A DNA stretch of 64,000 nt from Bdellovibrionota bacterium (GTDB taxonomy: Bacteria; Bdellovibrionota; UBA1018; CAIPTA01; JAALKR01). The stretch spans positions 1,760,001-1,824,000 of the forward strand of contig CBDBMJ010000001.1 of the NCBI GenBank assembly GCA_965207455.1, given 5' to 3'. Positions 9,865 through 20,647 of this stretch are shown here, one piece after another. The notes below the pieces were generated by a model. The model was not told where the DNA came from. It was given only the letters and a program-made list of their open reading frames with translations, and made no database searches. The translations under genes and the position numbers were made by a program. How positions within the stretch are numbered: position 1 is the first letter of the stretch; each line of letters opens with the position of its first letter.

Positions 9865-10234
9865 CTGTCATACATTGTATTACAATTATTACACGGTTTC
9901 AATAAATATTTTTCCTCACAGACCGAGGTAGCTATAAAAGTTTCTAAATCAATTGCCATTTCTCAAAGTAAGAGCGTTCCAAGATGACCGGGAGTAAGTT
10001 GAGAATAAAGGCTACAAAACAAAAAAACAGTATAACGTGTGCGCTCCTTAGATCTCAAATAAGAACCCCCCAAAATAAATAATAGTTATTTTGTAAAATT
10101 ATCTATTTTAGCTTATAACCAAGAGTAGAGTGTTATTTGTTATATAGTTAGAATCTTATTTATAAGAAAATGCCGACCATCTCTTAATGGCACTCGTGAG
10201 AGGCTTGCGCCGGGATTAATTCAGGAGTTTTACG

Positions 10235-10597
10235 ATGGGCAATAATGAACCTTATTTGCTGGATCCACGCAATGAAGCTGAGGCATTCATCCAAAAGCAA
10301 ATAAAAATTGGAGAAGAGCTTAAGGGTAGAGCAATAAACGATAAGCCTGCACTCAGGCAGCTTTTAGATGACTTTAATGCTTGGGATGATTATAATCATG
10401 ACCTCTTACAGGAATTATTTTCAAATAAATCCGAGGCAACGAAATATGATGATGGCGATCGTGATGAAGGTGTATTTCGCCCTGGAAATTCGTATAAAAG
10501 CCTATCCCATGAGATAGACTGTGTGAGAAAAGATATTGATAAAAAAATAAGACTACTTCGATCAGTAGAAAAAAGACTCGATTCTTTTCAGCGCTAA
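10235..10597 (+). CDS. Hypothetical protein resembling the N-terminal helical domain of TIR-like nucleotide-binding proteins
   Basis: RBS aggag; QIKIGEEL...WDDYN.DLL.ELF...KIRLLRSV pattern. Confidence 0.55.
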   Translation: MGNNEPYLLDPRNEAEAFIQKQIKIGEELKGRAINDKPALRQLLDDFNAWDDYNHDLLQELFSNKSEATKYDDGDRDEGVFRPGNSYKSLSHEIDCVRKDIDKKIRLLRSVEKRLDSFQR

Positions 10598-10707
10598 GAA
10601 AAATAATTTATAATTACAACACCTCTTATTATTTGAGTAAAGCCTCATTTCTCATATCAACAACTCTTAATGACAAAACTACTTCTTTCAAAACAGCGAA
10701 ATACCTC

Positions 10708-11367
10708 CTAGCTCTCTGGTCGTATACAATTCAACTGCTCATCAGTAAGATCATCTCTATCTATAATGCTATTGGAACACTTCTGCATTTTAATCTCTCC
10801 ATAATTAGCTCTATGTTTGTCTGTATAGTAACCACCGTTTAAAGTTTTGCAGTTATTTAAAAGAAATAACTCCTGCACACCTCGATGACACCTCATTGTA
10901 TTTTTTGAAGTATTGAAGGGCTCATTAGAATATTCATATTTCAATTTAAAGTTCTGAGTATCTAAATATGCCATATTTGAGATTGACCTTGATTCATCTG
11001 TATACATTATAATACTAATTAATTGCCATGTTTGATGAATATGAACAACAAAAGAAAATGTAGTTCCTCCCTCTTGCCCCTTTTCAGCATAAGTTGACTC
11101 ACTCCTCCCGATCCATGTGCCTTCTAAATTAGGAGTTTTTGATAAAAATTTAATTTTCCAAAGGCATTCCGAATAAATATAGAGCAAAAAAGCGTAGATA
11201 GGCATAACCGAAGGAAGAGAAATAAACCAAGGGGATTCAATCTGTGCCATGACTGCTATATGATTAATAAACCATGCAAAAGCCAATGAAATTATAGCTA
11301 AAACTATGGGAACACTCACTCTTCTTCCTCCACCGCTTCCCTGTATATTTAAAGAATAATTGTGCAT
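10708..11367 (-). CDS. cap15: CBASS effector Cap15 (2TM + beta-barrel)
   Basis: Two TM helices, PNLEGTW.G..ES.Y, IHQTW..ISI, Y.Y.NEP, H.G, G.YYTD.R..YG. Confidence 0.85.
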   Translation of the reverse strand: MHNYSLNIQGSGGGRRVSVPIVLAIISLAFAWFINHIAVMAQIESPWFISLPSVMPIYAFLLYIYSECLWKIKFLSKTPNLEGTWIGRSESTYAEKGQEGGTTFSFVVHIHQTWQLISIIMYTDESRSISNMAYLDTQNFKLKYEYSNEPFNTSKNTMRCHRGVQELFLLNNCKTLNGGYYTDKHRANYGEIKMQKCSNSIIDRDDLTDEQLNCIRPES

Positions 11368-11378
11368 ATTGATTACCT

Positions 11379-11843
11379 CTATATTAAATCTAACTTCCTA
11401 TGCTTTCCATTGCTAACTGACCAACATCCGATGCTTTCAATGCCAACAATAATAAACAATAGAAAATCTTGCTCATAATGAGCACTTTTGTATATTTCCA
11501 GCCAGTTTTTTATATCTTGTTTAGATGGATTTGGAAATGGTTCTGGATGCGTATGCCATTCACCTAAATATATTTGAGTCCCATCAGATCCTTTCCATTT
11601 TTTATTTACAATATCTTGAGCTGGTTCTCTCTTTCTAAAAAACAAAAATCGTTTTCTAGTATCTACTCTAGCAGGTTTACTAGAAAAATCAATAACCACA
11701 TCACTGTTTGACTCAATTATTCGACCAATTAACAATCCCCCAGATTCTTTTGAACTGATTTTTCTCTGAACATAATGCTCGAAAGTATCTAATACCTCTT
11801 GCTTAATTTCAAGAATCCTCTGTTCTTCAATTTGAAATTTCAT
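11379..11843 (-). CDS. cap3: CBASS Cap3 JAB/MPN peptidase
   Basis: ESGGLLIG; YLGEWHTHPE..P.PS.QD JAMM motif. Confidence 0.9.
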   Translation of the reverse strand: MKFQIEEQRILEIKQEVLDTFEHYVQRKISSKESGGLLIGRIIESNSDVVIDFSSKPARVDTRKRFLFFRKREPAQDIVNKKWKGSDGTQIYLGEWHTHPEPFPNPSKQDIKNWLEIYKSAHYEQDFLLFIIVGIESIGCWSVSNGKHRKLDLI

Positions 11844-13561
11844 TCCATCTTTCCACATTTACTACAATTTAACGCCACAAAATCAGTTACATTTTTAATC
11901 TCTTCATCTTTAAAAAGTTTGGCACGCTTAGAAAATTCAAAACCTTCTGACAAAAAAATATCCCTTGTACCAAATGAGCTTCTTAAAAAATTCTCTTTTT
12001 TTCTATCAGCCAAAATGTCAATGGCACATCGAGATAAATCGATAGCCAGATTGATTGCATCTATATTAGTATGAGGTAAAAAATATCCACTACAGCCAGC
12101 ATGAACACGTCTCAGATTCTGATTAGGCATACTAAACATTGCTTGATTAGCTACAAACATCCCTTCATCCGAAGTATAAAGGCATTCAAGACACCCTTTT
12201 TTACTTCCAATATTGGACGATACAATATGGTGACCTAATCCCAAGGCTTCAACCCATCCAAAAAGTAAAGGTATATTGCTCGGAAAATTAGAGTTATTTT
12301 TTCTGTATAGATTTTCATCACCACTAACATCAATAACAAGATCAACTCCATTGAATTGACCTTTGATTTCTGAAAAAGCATTAATATTATGCGCGAAAAC
12401 TTCACCAATTGTATATTTTTCATCTAAAAAAACCTTAATTGCTTCTGCCTTATTTTGATTCAAAAATTTCATGCCCAAGTTATGTCTATGCAGATTTTCA
12501 TTTGTGAGTGTCTCTCTATCTAGAACATTTATTTTTCCTATACCAGAGGCACGCAAATAGTCTGCAAGAAACCCTCCAACAGAACCTATACCTATGATTA
12601 ATATCTCTTTATTATTCAGCATATTTGTTGCTCCTGAACGCTTTAATAAATAATCTGCATCAAACCTATTCAAAGAAATTCTTTCAATGAATTCATCGAT
12701 TACAAAATTAATCTCATGTTTAGCATTTACTTTATTAGCTCTAAATCCTTTGTTAACTTTTTTTCTATCATTAGAATGAGGAATTCCTACAGCATATAAC
12801 ACATAATAATCTTTAAAAGGAATCGAGAAAACAATGTAGATTGGCAGCTTCGAAGATTTTAAAAATTTAATAAAATCTTCATGCGACTCGTTACTAGAGT
12901 GATTTTTGATTATACTAATAATTTTTCCAACAGTAATTTCTTCTTTATACCTTGGTGGCTCAATTGCATTTAGCAAAGGACAATAATATGTATGTTTCTC
13001 TTCTTTATAATTTGTAGCTCCATATTTTTTCAAAAATACTACTAATTCGTTTTTATTTTCTGCAATTATAACACTTCTTTCAAGCGGTACTTTTTTTTCA
13101 TAGCTTGCCGCAAATAGCTCTCTGGGGATATTGTTCGATGTTACAAGTGAAATTGCATTTCCTTTGTGATCGGAACCTCTCCAATAAGCGTCAAATTCCG
13201 ATATCAATTCAATTTTTCTATCATCTGAAAAGCCTAGCTCTAAAATTTCAATTGCTTTCTTTAGCACAGTCTCCACTATATCGACAGGACGCGAAAAATC
13301 GATAACAGTTGTTCCATCCTGAAACAAGCAAATTTTTCCATCCTTCTCTACATGGGGAAGAAGCAATGAATGTTCTGAGCTGGGAATATAAACTGAAGGC
13401 AATTTATATGGAAATTGGTCCGGAAAACACAATGTTAGTTGCATCTGATTTCCTGAAATTTGATATTCTTTATTGAAGCTTTGACACTCTTTATTGGGAG
13501 ATTTCTTCGACTGTTTAAATTTTCTTTCCTTTAAAAAATTTAAAACAGCATTATCAATCAT
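11840..13561 (-). CDS. cap2: CBASS Cap2 E2-E1 (ThiF) fusion
   Basis: FPY..P, PHVE.DGKICL E2 domain; IGIGSVG, D.E.L..ENL.RH, CLEC ThiF. Confidence 0.9.
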   Translation of the reverse strand: MIDNAVLNFLKERKFKQSKKSPNKECQSFNKEYQISGNQMQLTLCFPDQFPYKLPSVYIPSSEHSLLLPHVEKDGKICLFQDGTTVIDFSRPVDIVETVLKKAIEILELGFSDDRKIELISEFDAYWRGSDHKGNAISLVTSNNIPRELFAASYEKKVPLERSVIIAENKNELVVFLKKYGATNYKEEKHTYYCPLLNAIEPPRYKEEITVGKIISIIKNHSSNESHEDFIKFLKSSKLPIYIVFSIPFKDYYVLYAVGIPHSNDRKKVNKGFRANKVNAKHEINFVIDEFIERISLNRFDADYLLKRSGATNMLNNKEILIIGIGSVGGFLADYLRASGIGKINVLDRETLTNENLHRHNLGMKFLNQNKAEAIKVFLDEKYTIGEVFAHNINAFSEIKGQFNGVDLVIDVSGDENLYRKNNSNFPSNIPLLFGWVEALGLGHHIVSSNIGSKKGCLECLYTSDEGMFVANQAMFSMPNQNLRRVHAGCSGYFLPHTNIDAINLAIDLSRCAIDILADRKKENFLRSSFGTRDIFLSEGFEFSKRAKLFKDEEIKNVTDFVALNCSKCGKME

Positions 13562-13565
13562 TTCT

Positions 13566-14558
13566 CTATGCAGATGAACTGGATGTTATTATAGCAGGTG
13601 ATAATGTTTTCTTTCCTGTATCTTTTGTTTTTGGCACAGGAAAATCATCACCAAATTGATTATCTCTAAGAATTTTACAGGCATCTACAGGGTCTGTTTT
13701 AGATTTAGCAGCTTCAAGATCTCTGTATAAAGACTCAAATCTACTCTTTAAGTCAGACATCGCATCACTAGATAGTTTATTAAATACATCTTCATATTCT
13801 GGAGATGGCTTTTCCACTATAAGACGGCCCCGCGTTGTATAAGCTTTATATGAAAGCCATAATAAAGCTTCTAGGTCATTGGGATTTCCATCAAATGAAT
13901 ATGTTGGTTCAAGGTTATTTATAGAATATAGTAATAATGATAGTCCATTTGGCTTGTCTTCGGACTCATAAGGTATAGCAACGTCATTCCAGCGCTTAAG
14001 AAATCTCGTTACTCTTCTTAATTGATCTGTTTTTGTTGATGAGTCCTCTGTCCCTTCATAAATTTCTCTAGCTTCCTTGATGCTGTCGGAGAGTTTAATC
14101 GGGTCAGCCTTGAGCCAGCTCTTACTTTTGTGAGCCAATCTGAACTGCTCGTTATCAAGGTCATCAGTCCAATTTGCATAAACCACTAAGTCAACATGAT
14201 ATTTTTGTTGTGAATAATTAACCCTTATACAAGGCCCCTTGCTTTCAACAGATTTTGTGTGATTTTCGATTGCATTTAAAACCCATTCCCTTACCTCTAA
14301 TGCTTTATAATCTTCATCCTTTACTTGAAAGCGCAGGCCTATATCTATATCAAATTCCAGATCTTCAATTGTTTCAATTCCAACTTTATATTTATAACTA
14401 CCTTGGTGTATTTCTTTAAAGCCCGGTTTTGAATTTTCCCTTAAATATGCTCGAAGCTTTTTTAATATTGCGTCTCGTTTTTCTCTCAAGACCTCAGCGT
14501 CATCATCCAGTTTAATAGTATTATGAAACTTCTCAAAGTATTTTTGAATATTTGCCAT
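13566..14558 (-). CDS. CD-NTase (cGAS/DncV-like), type II-associated
   Basis: QGSY...DIDIG, CIRV.Y..YHVDLVVY, QLRRV.R.LKRW; FGDDFP and C-terminal tail SSSSA suited to Cap2 conjugation. Confidence 0.9.
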   Translation of the reverse strand: MANIQKYFEKFHNTIKLDDDAEVLREKRDAILKKLRAYLRENSKPGFKEIHQGSYKYKVGIETIEDLEFDIDIGLRFQVKDEDYKALEVREWVLNAIENHTKSVESKGPCIRVNYSQQKYHVDLVVYANWTDDLDNEQFRLAHKSKSWLKADPIKLSDSIKEAREIYEGTEDSSTKTDQLRRVTRFLKRWNDVAIPYESEDKPNGLSLLLYSINNLEPTYSFDGNPNDLEALLWLSYKAYTTRGRLIVEKPSPEYEDVFNKLSSDAMSDLKSRFESLYRDLEAAKSKTDPVDACKILRDNQFGDDFPVPKTKDTGKKTLSPAIITSSSSA

Positions 14559-14586
14559 ACTGTATCCTCCATTTATTAGCCATTAC

Positions 14587-15558
14587 TTATCTCCATAGCT
14601 CCGCATATGCCCAAAGATCACTAAAAAAAGCCTTAACCTCTTTCATTTTATTTGATTGCTCAGGAGGAAAGAGCTGTTTTATCTCATCAATCTCGGTCCA
14701 TAATTCAAAATTAACTGGTTTGCGGACGTGATTTAATATCTCAAAACTGACATCTCTAACAGCGCCGTAAAGCTTGGTAGCTCCATAACGGCTGTTGGAT
14801 ACATTATAGGCGAGGCAGGCAATCTGGTGTGATGATATTTTTTTTGCACTTTCATAGCCCTTTTCTTCCATTTCATTTCGTAGCCCTTTAAGGACACGAA
14901 CGACTCTTTTATATCTTTCTTGGGTCTGCTTATTCTTGGCAACACCGTTGGCATAAGTCTGTTCAGGCCAATTAATTATAAATTCCCTCGATTTGGTCCA
15001 GAAACAAACCCCGCATCGATACATTAAGTCATACCCAACATAGAAGTATTCATGATAGCCAATAGTTGGGAGTACATCAGCATTAATGCGGCATGTATTT
15101 TCTTTGACGTTAAAGACTTTATCTCCATCGTTAACAGCACAACTTGTAAATTTATTATGAAGTGCTTGACGAATTTTTGAACGATAGGCATAAAAGTCGA
15201 AGTTAGCTGTAACAAGTCCAAGAGATTCCTTTGTTACCCCAGTGGGATAGCTGGCTACAAACACATTTGAGTATTGAACTCTAATATCCACATCACTATC
15301 ATGACGCACATTGGTGTCTGCTTTGTAAGACCCTTGGGTATAGATACCAGGATTCCATCTTAAAAGATCGGCATCAACCTTCAATGCGGACTTAATTGCA
15401 ATCTCGGCCTTTTGGCATTTTTTGTTCTCTGTATCACTCAAGGGTTTGGCCCAGCGCTCAAATTTATCACGCACTGCTTGACTCGCAAGATGACGCTGTT
15501 TCCGCACTCTCGCTAAAGTTTCTAGCGTATTACTGCTAACGCCTGTTGGTTGATGCAT
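14587..15558 (-). CDS. CD-NTase, CdnE-like
   Basis: QGSY..DTNVR.DSDVDI, ADVLP, INWPEQ...NGV.KN..T..RYKR.VR.LK. Confidence 0.9.
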   Translation of the reverse strand: MHQPTGVSSNTLETLARVRKQRHLASQAVRDKFERWAKPLSDTENKKCQKAEIAIKSALKVDADLLRWNPGIYTQGSYKADTNVRHDSDVDIRVQYSNVFVASYPTGVTKESLGLVTANFDFYAYRSKIRQALHNKFTSCAVNDGDKVFNVKENTCRINADVLPTIGYHEYFYVGYDLMYRCGVCFWTKSREFIINWPEQTYANGVAKNKQTQERYKRVVRVLKGLRNEMEEKGYESAKKISSHQIACLAYNVSNSRYGATKLYGAVRDVSFEILNHVRKPVNFELWTEIDEIKQLFPPEQSNKMKEVKAFFSDLWAYAELWR

Positions 15559-15567
15559 AAATATTTC

Positions 15568-15747
15568 CTCCTAAAAAGCCAGTGTATCTCCTATTAACAA
15601 AATTTGTAAAATTTGATTAACTGGAGAATCATAATAAAGACTATACCCACAAATAAGGCTACCCGCCACCCGTGTAAGGATTTGTTAGAGTTTATTGTAA
15701 GTGCTACCCGCAGACTCTTCGAATTGCATAAGACAGCCATCAAAAGC
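15568..15747 (-). promoter_or_regulatory. Re-used leader/RBS block (copy at 35551-35730)
   Basis: Homologous ~180 bp ending in RBS aggag upstream of two unrelated genes. Confidence 0.75.
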
Positions 15748-16382
15748 CCGCCCATACCCAGCACCACCAATCCCAGCCAAAAACCCATTCACTCCCTTTG
15801 TTACCGTTTCGTATTACAGCATTAGCAACCCCGGCCCCGGCACCCCAACCCGGCAGCATTAGCAATCACAGCAAAAATCGCCAGCATCAGCAATCCCGGC
15901 CCCAGCAATCAAGGCATCAACTTGGCACACCCAAGCCCCCCTGTTTCTTTCCTGCTTAGGTTAGTTGAGTTTATGAGGTGTTGTGTTGTATTTTGTTTTC
16001 TTTGTTGTTGTGTGGGAGGGTGCTCACTCCGACGCTCCCAACCCATTCACTTCCCCTATTACAGCACAAGCAATCCCGGCTCAGCATTAGCAACCCCGGC
16101 CCGGCGCTCAGGATCCCTCTCTTCCATCTGATTAGTGTTATAGAGGTTTTTCTTGTTATTCTTTGAGTTCATTAGGTTGGGTGTTGTCACGCAACAAGCC
16201 AAGTACAATCGTATAGTTATGATGGGTATTGAGGAGGGTTTGATTTCAGGGAGGGTGTTTTCTCGCTCCGGCCTTTCACTAAAGACAGTGTTACATCTTC
16301 TCACAGATTGAGTTAAGAGGAGGAGTTTTTTGATTAGTTGAGTGAGGTTCAATTCCGTTCATTAGAGTATGAGGGTTGCATA

Positions 16383-16645
16383 TTTGGCTCTTGGGGATCA
16401 TTCGTGCCCTTCCCAGGAGCACACCTCTGCTTCTATCCTGATTAGTGGTTGGGGTTTAGGGTGTGTAGTTTGTTTTGTTCCCTTCGACGCCGAGGTGTTT
16501 ATAGCTTCTTTTGCAGCATAAGATTTTCATTCCACAGGTGAGCCTCTTCGGGTCATTTCTTGTTTGGATCCTGAGAATCATTTCGACAGATTCCAAGGAA
16601 CACACCGACGATTCATCACCTTACTTATTGGATTCCCGCTGGAAT
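16383..16645. repeat. Composite boundary repeat (B + A)
   Basis: Aligns with 4750-5070, with an internal deletion. Confidence 0.9.
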
Positions 16646-16850
16646 TCTTCCTTTATTTTTAGGATATTTTTTATTTTTTTGCAACAACTTTCTTAAGCTT
16701 ATAAATTCCGTTATCTATTTTCATCGCTTCTGTCAACACTATTGGAACTCGAACTAAATAAACATGGCTGGTGTGATTTCGCTCTTATTGCGACACTAAA
16801 TGAGAAAGATTAGCTCCTATCCTCAAATAAAGGCAATTAATTATTTCAAG

Positions 16851-17906
16851 TTATTTTTCTAAAATTTCTTTTATAGTATCATCTGGAATATCAAATTTTG
16901 TTTTTAATCTGTCTGACAGTTCATTCATTATACTTTTAACTCTAGCTGGATTTTTATTCTTATGCTCTCTAATATAATCATTTACCTCTGAGATTATTTT
17001 TTTCGGCAAATTATTGCTAATATTGATACCCACCAAACCTGTAAATACCGAATCAAAAGTATCTTTAATTCTTCTTGCGTTTGGCGAGAAAGAAATATAA
17101 TTATACAAAAAGTCAGGTCTCATGCAACAACCTTTTTTATACTTTTCGTCCAAAACATTTAAGGCAGTCTTTTGAGTAAGGGTATCCTTTGATAGCCACC
17201 ATGTCTTATAACCAAAAACATTTTTGTTAGATATCTCATTATTTTTTTCTCTCCTATGATATATTTCTATAAATAATTTTGAGTCATGCCTAGCTTGATT
17301 TTCCCGCCTATTATTTCCTATTAATTTCTCACAAAGAGTTTCTACGCTCTCATTTTCTTTCTCATCAAATTCAGGTTTAGTGCTCAAATATAAAATACCA
17401 AACGTCTCTTCAAGCCAAGTGATTATATCCTCTTTAGCATTCTCCAAAGATGGGCTGACAAACTCATCAAGATATTCTTCAAAGCTTCTAACCTTCCCGT
17501 CGCACTTGGCATAGAAATATGCGCGTATTAAAATATGATCGATATACTGTATAAGCATCTTATTCTCAAGAAAAATATCTTCACAATCAAAGTATTCTTC
17601 TTTATATTCTTTCTTTATATACACTAAATGATTTATCAACTCATTTAGAATACCTTCATTAATGAGCAGCTCAACACCCAGTGTATTGGACTGAGATAAA
17701 AGGTTTGAATGTCTTCGACTTTCCTCTTCCAAAAAACATTCGGATAAAACAGGCACTAGAATTGATGTGCATACATATAATTTTAACTCAGAAGCCATTC
17801 TTTGAAAATAAGCGGACACTTTAGGATCGCATTGAAGCATAAATAGCATTAAATAAGTCTTTGAAAGCTTAGTAAGAAAAAGCTTTTGTCGCTTGCTGCC
17901 CTTATA
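16851..17906 (-). pseudogene. 3' part of a hypothetical gene, 5' end abutting IS21
   Basis: About 340 codons of AT-rich protein-like ORF; apparent N-terminus in the ORF track is translated IS21 repeats; no matching 5' half beyond the IS. Confidence 0.6.
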
Positions 17907-17923
17907 TGTCCGATAGCATGAAA

Positions 17924-18101
17924 GTATACCAGGGGATTCGCACTGAGGTATACCACCAGATTCGCATTGAGGTATACCACCGGATTCGCACGGTGGTATA
18001 CCACTAGATTCGCACGCCGGTATACCACCGGATTCGCACGCCGGTATACCACCGGATTCGCACGCCGGTATACCACCAGATTCGCACGGTAGTATACCAC
18101 T
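17924..18101 (+). repeat. Seven tandem 24-bp units plus a partial unit (gtataccaccggattcgcacgccg) in the IS21 left end
   Basis: Directly visible; no spacers. Confidence 0.95.
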
Positions 18102-18173
18102 TGCGACCGGATGGGCCATAATCTCAAAAAATGTAAGATGCTCCCTTTAACTAAATTTTTAAAGGAGGTTTTT

Positions 18174-19640
18174 ATGAAAGTGAGAAGGAAGTCTATGGCA
18201 ATGCAGGAACAAATTATTTATTTAAGAGGTAAGGGTCTATCACAAAGAGAGATCGCTAGGAACCTAAGAATCAACCGGAAGACAGTCTGTGCCTATTGGA
18301 ATAGCAAGGCTGCGATGCCTAGTGAACAGGCACCAGAGTGGACAAAGCAGTTTGACTGGGAATACATCGGCGATGAAATTCAGAAAAGAGTTCCGATAAA
18401 GACACTCTATGAGGAGTTATCCGTGACGAAAAAGATGCCTTCTTATTCGTCCTTTTGTCGGTTCTGCTCTAAGAAAGTAGGTGGCAAAAAATGCGATATA
18501 ACGATCAGAGTGCCAAGGAGTCCGGGTGAGAGTGTAGAGACCGATTACTCTGGAAAAAGCATTCCTATACTTGTTCCCTCCACAGGAGAGCTGGAGTCCA
18601 CTGAGCTGTTTGTCGGAACCATGTCCTATAGTGGTAAGATATATGCTGAATTTACTCCATCCCAAAAAATGGAGGATTGGATTGCATCCCACAATAGGAT
18701 GTTTACCTTCTTTGGTGGAGTCCCTAAATTTGAAATTACCGACAATTTAAAGGCTGCTGTGACAAAGACTCATCGCTATGATCCAGAAATTAATCGAACC
18801 TTTAACGATATGGCAAAACACTATGGACTGGCTATTGATCCAGCAGATAAAGCGTCTCCCAAGCAAAAGCCCAATGTGGAAAAGGCAGTGCATGTTATTC
18901 AACAAGGCTTTTTTCCAAGGATAAGAAATAAAACATTCACCTCTATCCATCAACTGAATAAATGTCTATGGGAGTACTTAAAGGAAAAAAACGCTGCGGT
19001 AATGAAGGATCGTGGTCGGTCAAGAGATGCTTTCTTTGAAGAGGAAAAGCAACTTCTATCGCCCCTGCCACCTGACTCCTACGATATTTACTACTGGAAG
19101 AAAGCCAAGGTTCACCCCGATTGTTGCTTTCAGTTGCAGAAGAACTTTTATTCTGTACCTTATCGGTATGCGGGTAAAGAGGTAGAACTAAAATTCAACT
19201 CTAAAATGGTTTATGTATTTTTTGAGACCGAGCAAATCAAATGCCATCGTATATCTCTCCCTGGAAAAGGGTATTTTATTATTGATGGCAAGGACTATCC
19301 AGAAAAGAAGTTTGTTCATACAAACAATCAAATCCAATATGTTCTGGAGAAAGCAAGGCGTATTGGTGAGAATACTCATGGGCTAATAGAGTTGCTTATA
19401 GATATGCCTCGCTTTCCTCTGAAAAATCTCAGGAAGATGCAAGGAATTATTGATTTGAGAAAGAAATATTCATCGGAGGCGATGGAGTATGCAAGCAAGT
19501 CCGCACTGGAACTAAGGAAATATAATTACAACTTCATTAAGTCATGCGCAAAAAATTATCGAGAGCCAGAGAATGATCAGAGACATCTCCCACCCAACAG
19601 ACAATCCGATTTTACCTGCTTACAAGGAGAACAACTATGA
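18174..19640 (+). CDS. istA: IS21 transposase
   Basis: HTH SQREIAR, ETDY, FFGGVP...DNLKAAV, PKQKPNVE, YSVPY; RBS aaggagg. Confidence 0.95.
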   Translation: MKVRRKSMAMQEQIIYLRGKGLSQREIARNLRINRKTVCAYWNSKAAMPSEQAPEWTKQFDWEYIGDEIQKRVPIKTLYEELSVTKKMPSYSSFCRFCSKKVGGKKCDITIRVPRSPGESVETDYSGKSIPILVPSTGELESTELFVGTMSYSGKIYAEFTPSQKMEDWIASHNRMFTFFGGVPKFEITDNLKAAVTKTHRYDPEINRTFNDMAKHYGLAIDPADKASPKQKPNVEKAVHVIQQGFFPRIRNKTFTSIHQLNKCLWEYLKEKNAAVMKDRGRSRDAFFEEEKQLLSPLPPDSYDIYYWKKAKVHPDCCFQLQKNFYSVPYRYAGKEVELKFNSKMVYVFFETEQIKCHRISLPGKGYFIIDGKDYPEKKFVHTNNQIQYVLEKARRIGENTHGLIELLIDMPRFPLKNLRKMQGIIDLRKKYSSEAMEYASKSALELRKYNYNFIKSCAKNYREPENDQRHLPPNRQSDFTCLQGEQL

Positions 19641-20389
19641 GCAATCATTATCAAGAGCTATTGAAAGAACTTAAATTAAGTGGAATGGAGGAATCCATTG
19701 AATACAGGATAGAGGAAGCAACAGAGAGCAATTTAGATTTTAATGAATTTATTTGTTTGCTCTTAGAGGACGAAAAGCTCTACCGAAAAAATCGCCGATC
19801 TGCAAGTCTGAGAAAAAAGGCAAGATTTAATAATAATGCTGCACTAGAAGAATTTAATGTTTATTTAGAAAGAGGAATCACCCGATCGATGATTAAAAAA
19901 CTGGCAACCCTTAACTTTATGAGGGAAGGAGAAAATATTATATTTATTGGTGGCACTGGGACAGGCAAAAGCTACCTTGCCCAGGCATTAGGGCATAAGA
20001 GCTGTGCCCATGGCTCTGAGGCTCTCTATTTGCCCGTTAATGTGCTTTTTAAGCGCATTCAAGAGGCAGAGGTTAACGGAAGCTACCTTAGGTTACTTGA
20101 ACGCATGAAAAAGGCTAAGCTAATCATACTAGATGACTTTGGACTTAGGAACTACTCCCACAAGGAAGCACTGGCACTATATGACCTGCTGGAAGACTCC
20201 TACAGAAAGCGCTCAATGGTCATTACTTCTCAAATTAAACCTAAAGGCTGGCAAAACTTGTTTGAAGATGCCGTTATCGCAGAAGCTATAATTGATAGGA
20301 TAACGTCCTGTGCCCATACCATTGAGATCACCGGGCCATCTTACCGAAAGAAGCATAGCCCCAAAGAAAGGATTGATTATAGGAAATAG
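19637..20389 (+). CDS. istB: IS21 helper ATPase
   Basis: GGTGTGKSYLA, LIILDDFG, AEAIIDR, G.SYR. Confidence 0.95.
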   Translation: MSNHYQELLKELKLSGMEESIEYRIEEATESNLDFNEFICLLLEDEKLYRKNRRSASLRKKARFNNNAALEEFNVYLERGITRSMIKKLATLNFMREGENIIFIGGTGTGKSYLAQALGHKSCAHGSEALYLPVNVLFKRIQEAEVNGSYLRLLERMKKAKLIILDDFGLRNYSHKEALALYDLLEDSYRKRSMVITSQIKPKGWQNLFEDAVIAEAIIDRITSCAHTIEITGPSYRKKHSPKERIDYRK

Positions 20390-20647
20390 TTAGTGTAAAA
20401 GTATTCAAATTGGGATTTTGACCCGGTTCATTAAAGTGCGAATCCCCTAGTATACTATCGTGCGAACGAACATTTATACCAAGTAAAATAAATATATTTA
20501 AACAATAACCACATATCAATAACTTCTATTTGTTGAATCAAAATCATAGACCAACCTTTTCAGGTCGAGTTTATTAAAATTAGGTTTTACATATAATATC
20601 TGCCGCCCTCTGAGATGTACTCTAGTGCTTAGATCGCCAGATTACAC

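Larger units (their letters stand above)
17907..20472 (+). mobile_element. IS21-family insertion sequence
   Basis: TG...CA ends; left tgtccgatagcatgaaagtataccaggggattcgcact vs right revcomp tgttcgttcgcacgatagtatactaggggattcgcact; flanks cttata/tttata; istA+istB. Confidence 0.92.

Noticed and set aside
17924..18101. CRISPR array
   Set aside because: Units are contiguous with no unique spacers, there are no cas genes, and the unit matches the IS21 right end.
17907..18127. CESGGIP-repeat N-terminus of ORF 16851-18119 and ORF 17849-18127
   Set aside because: These are translations of IS21 terminal repeats.
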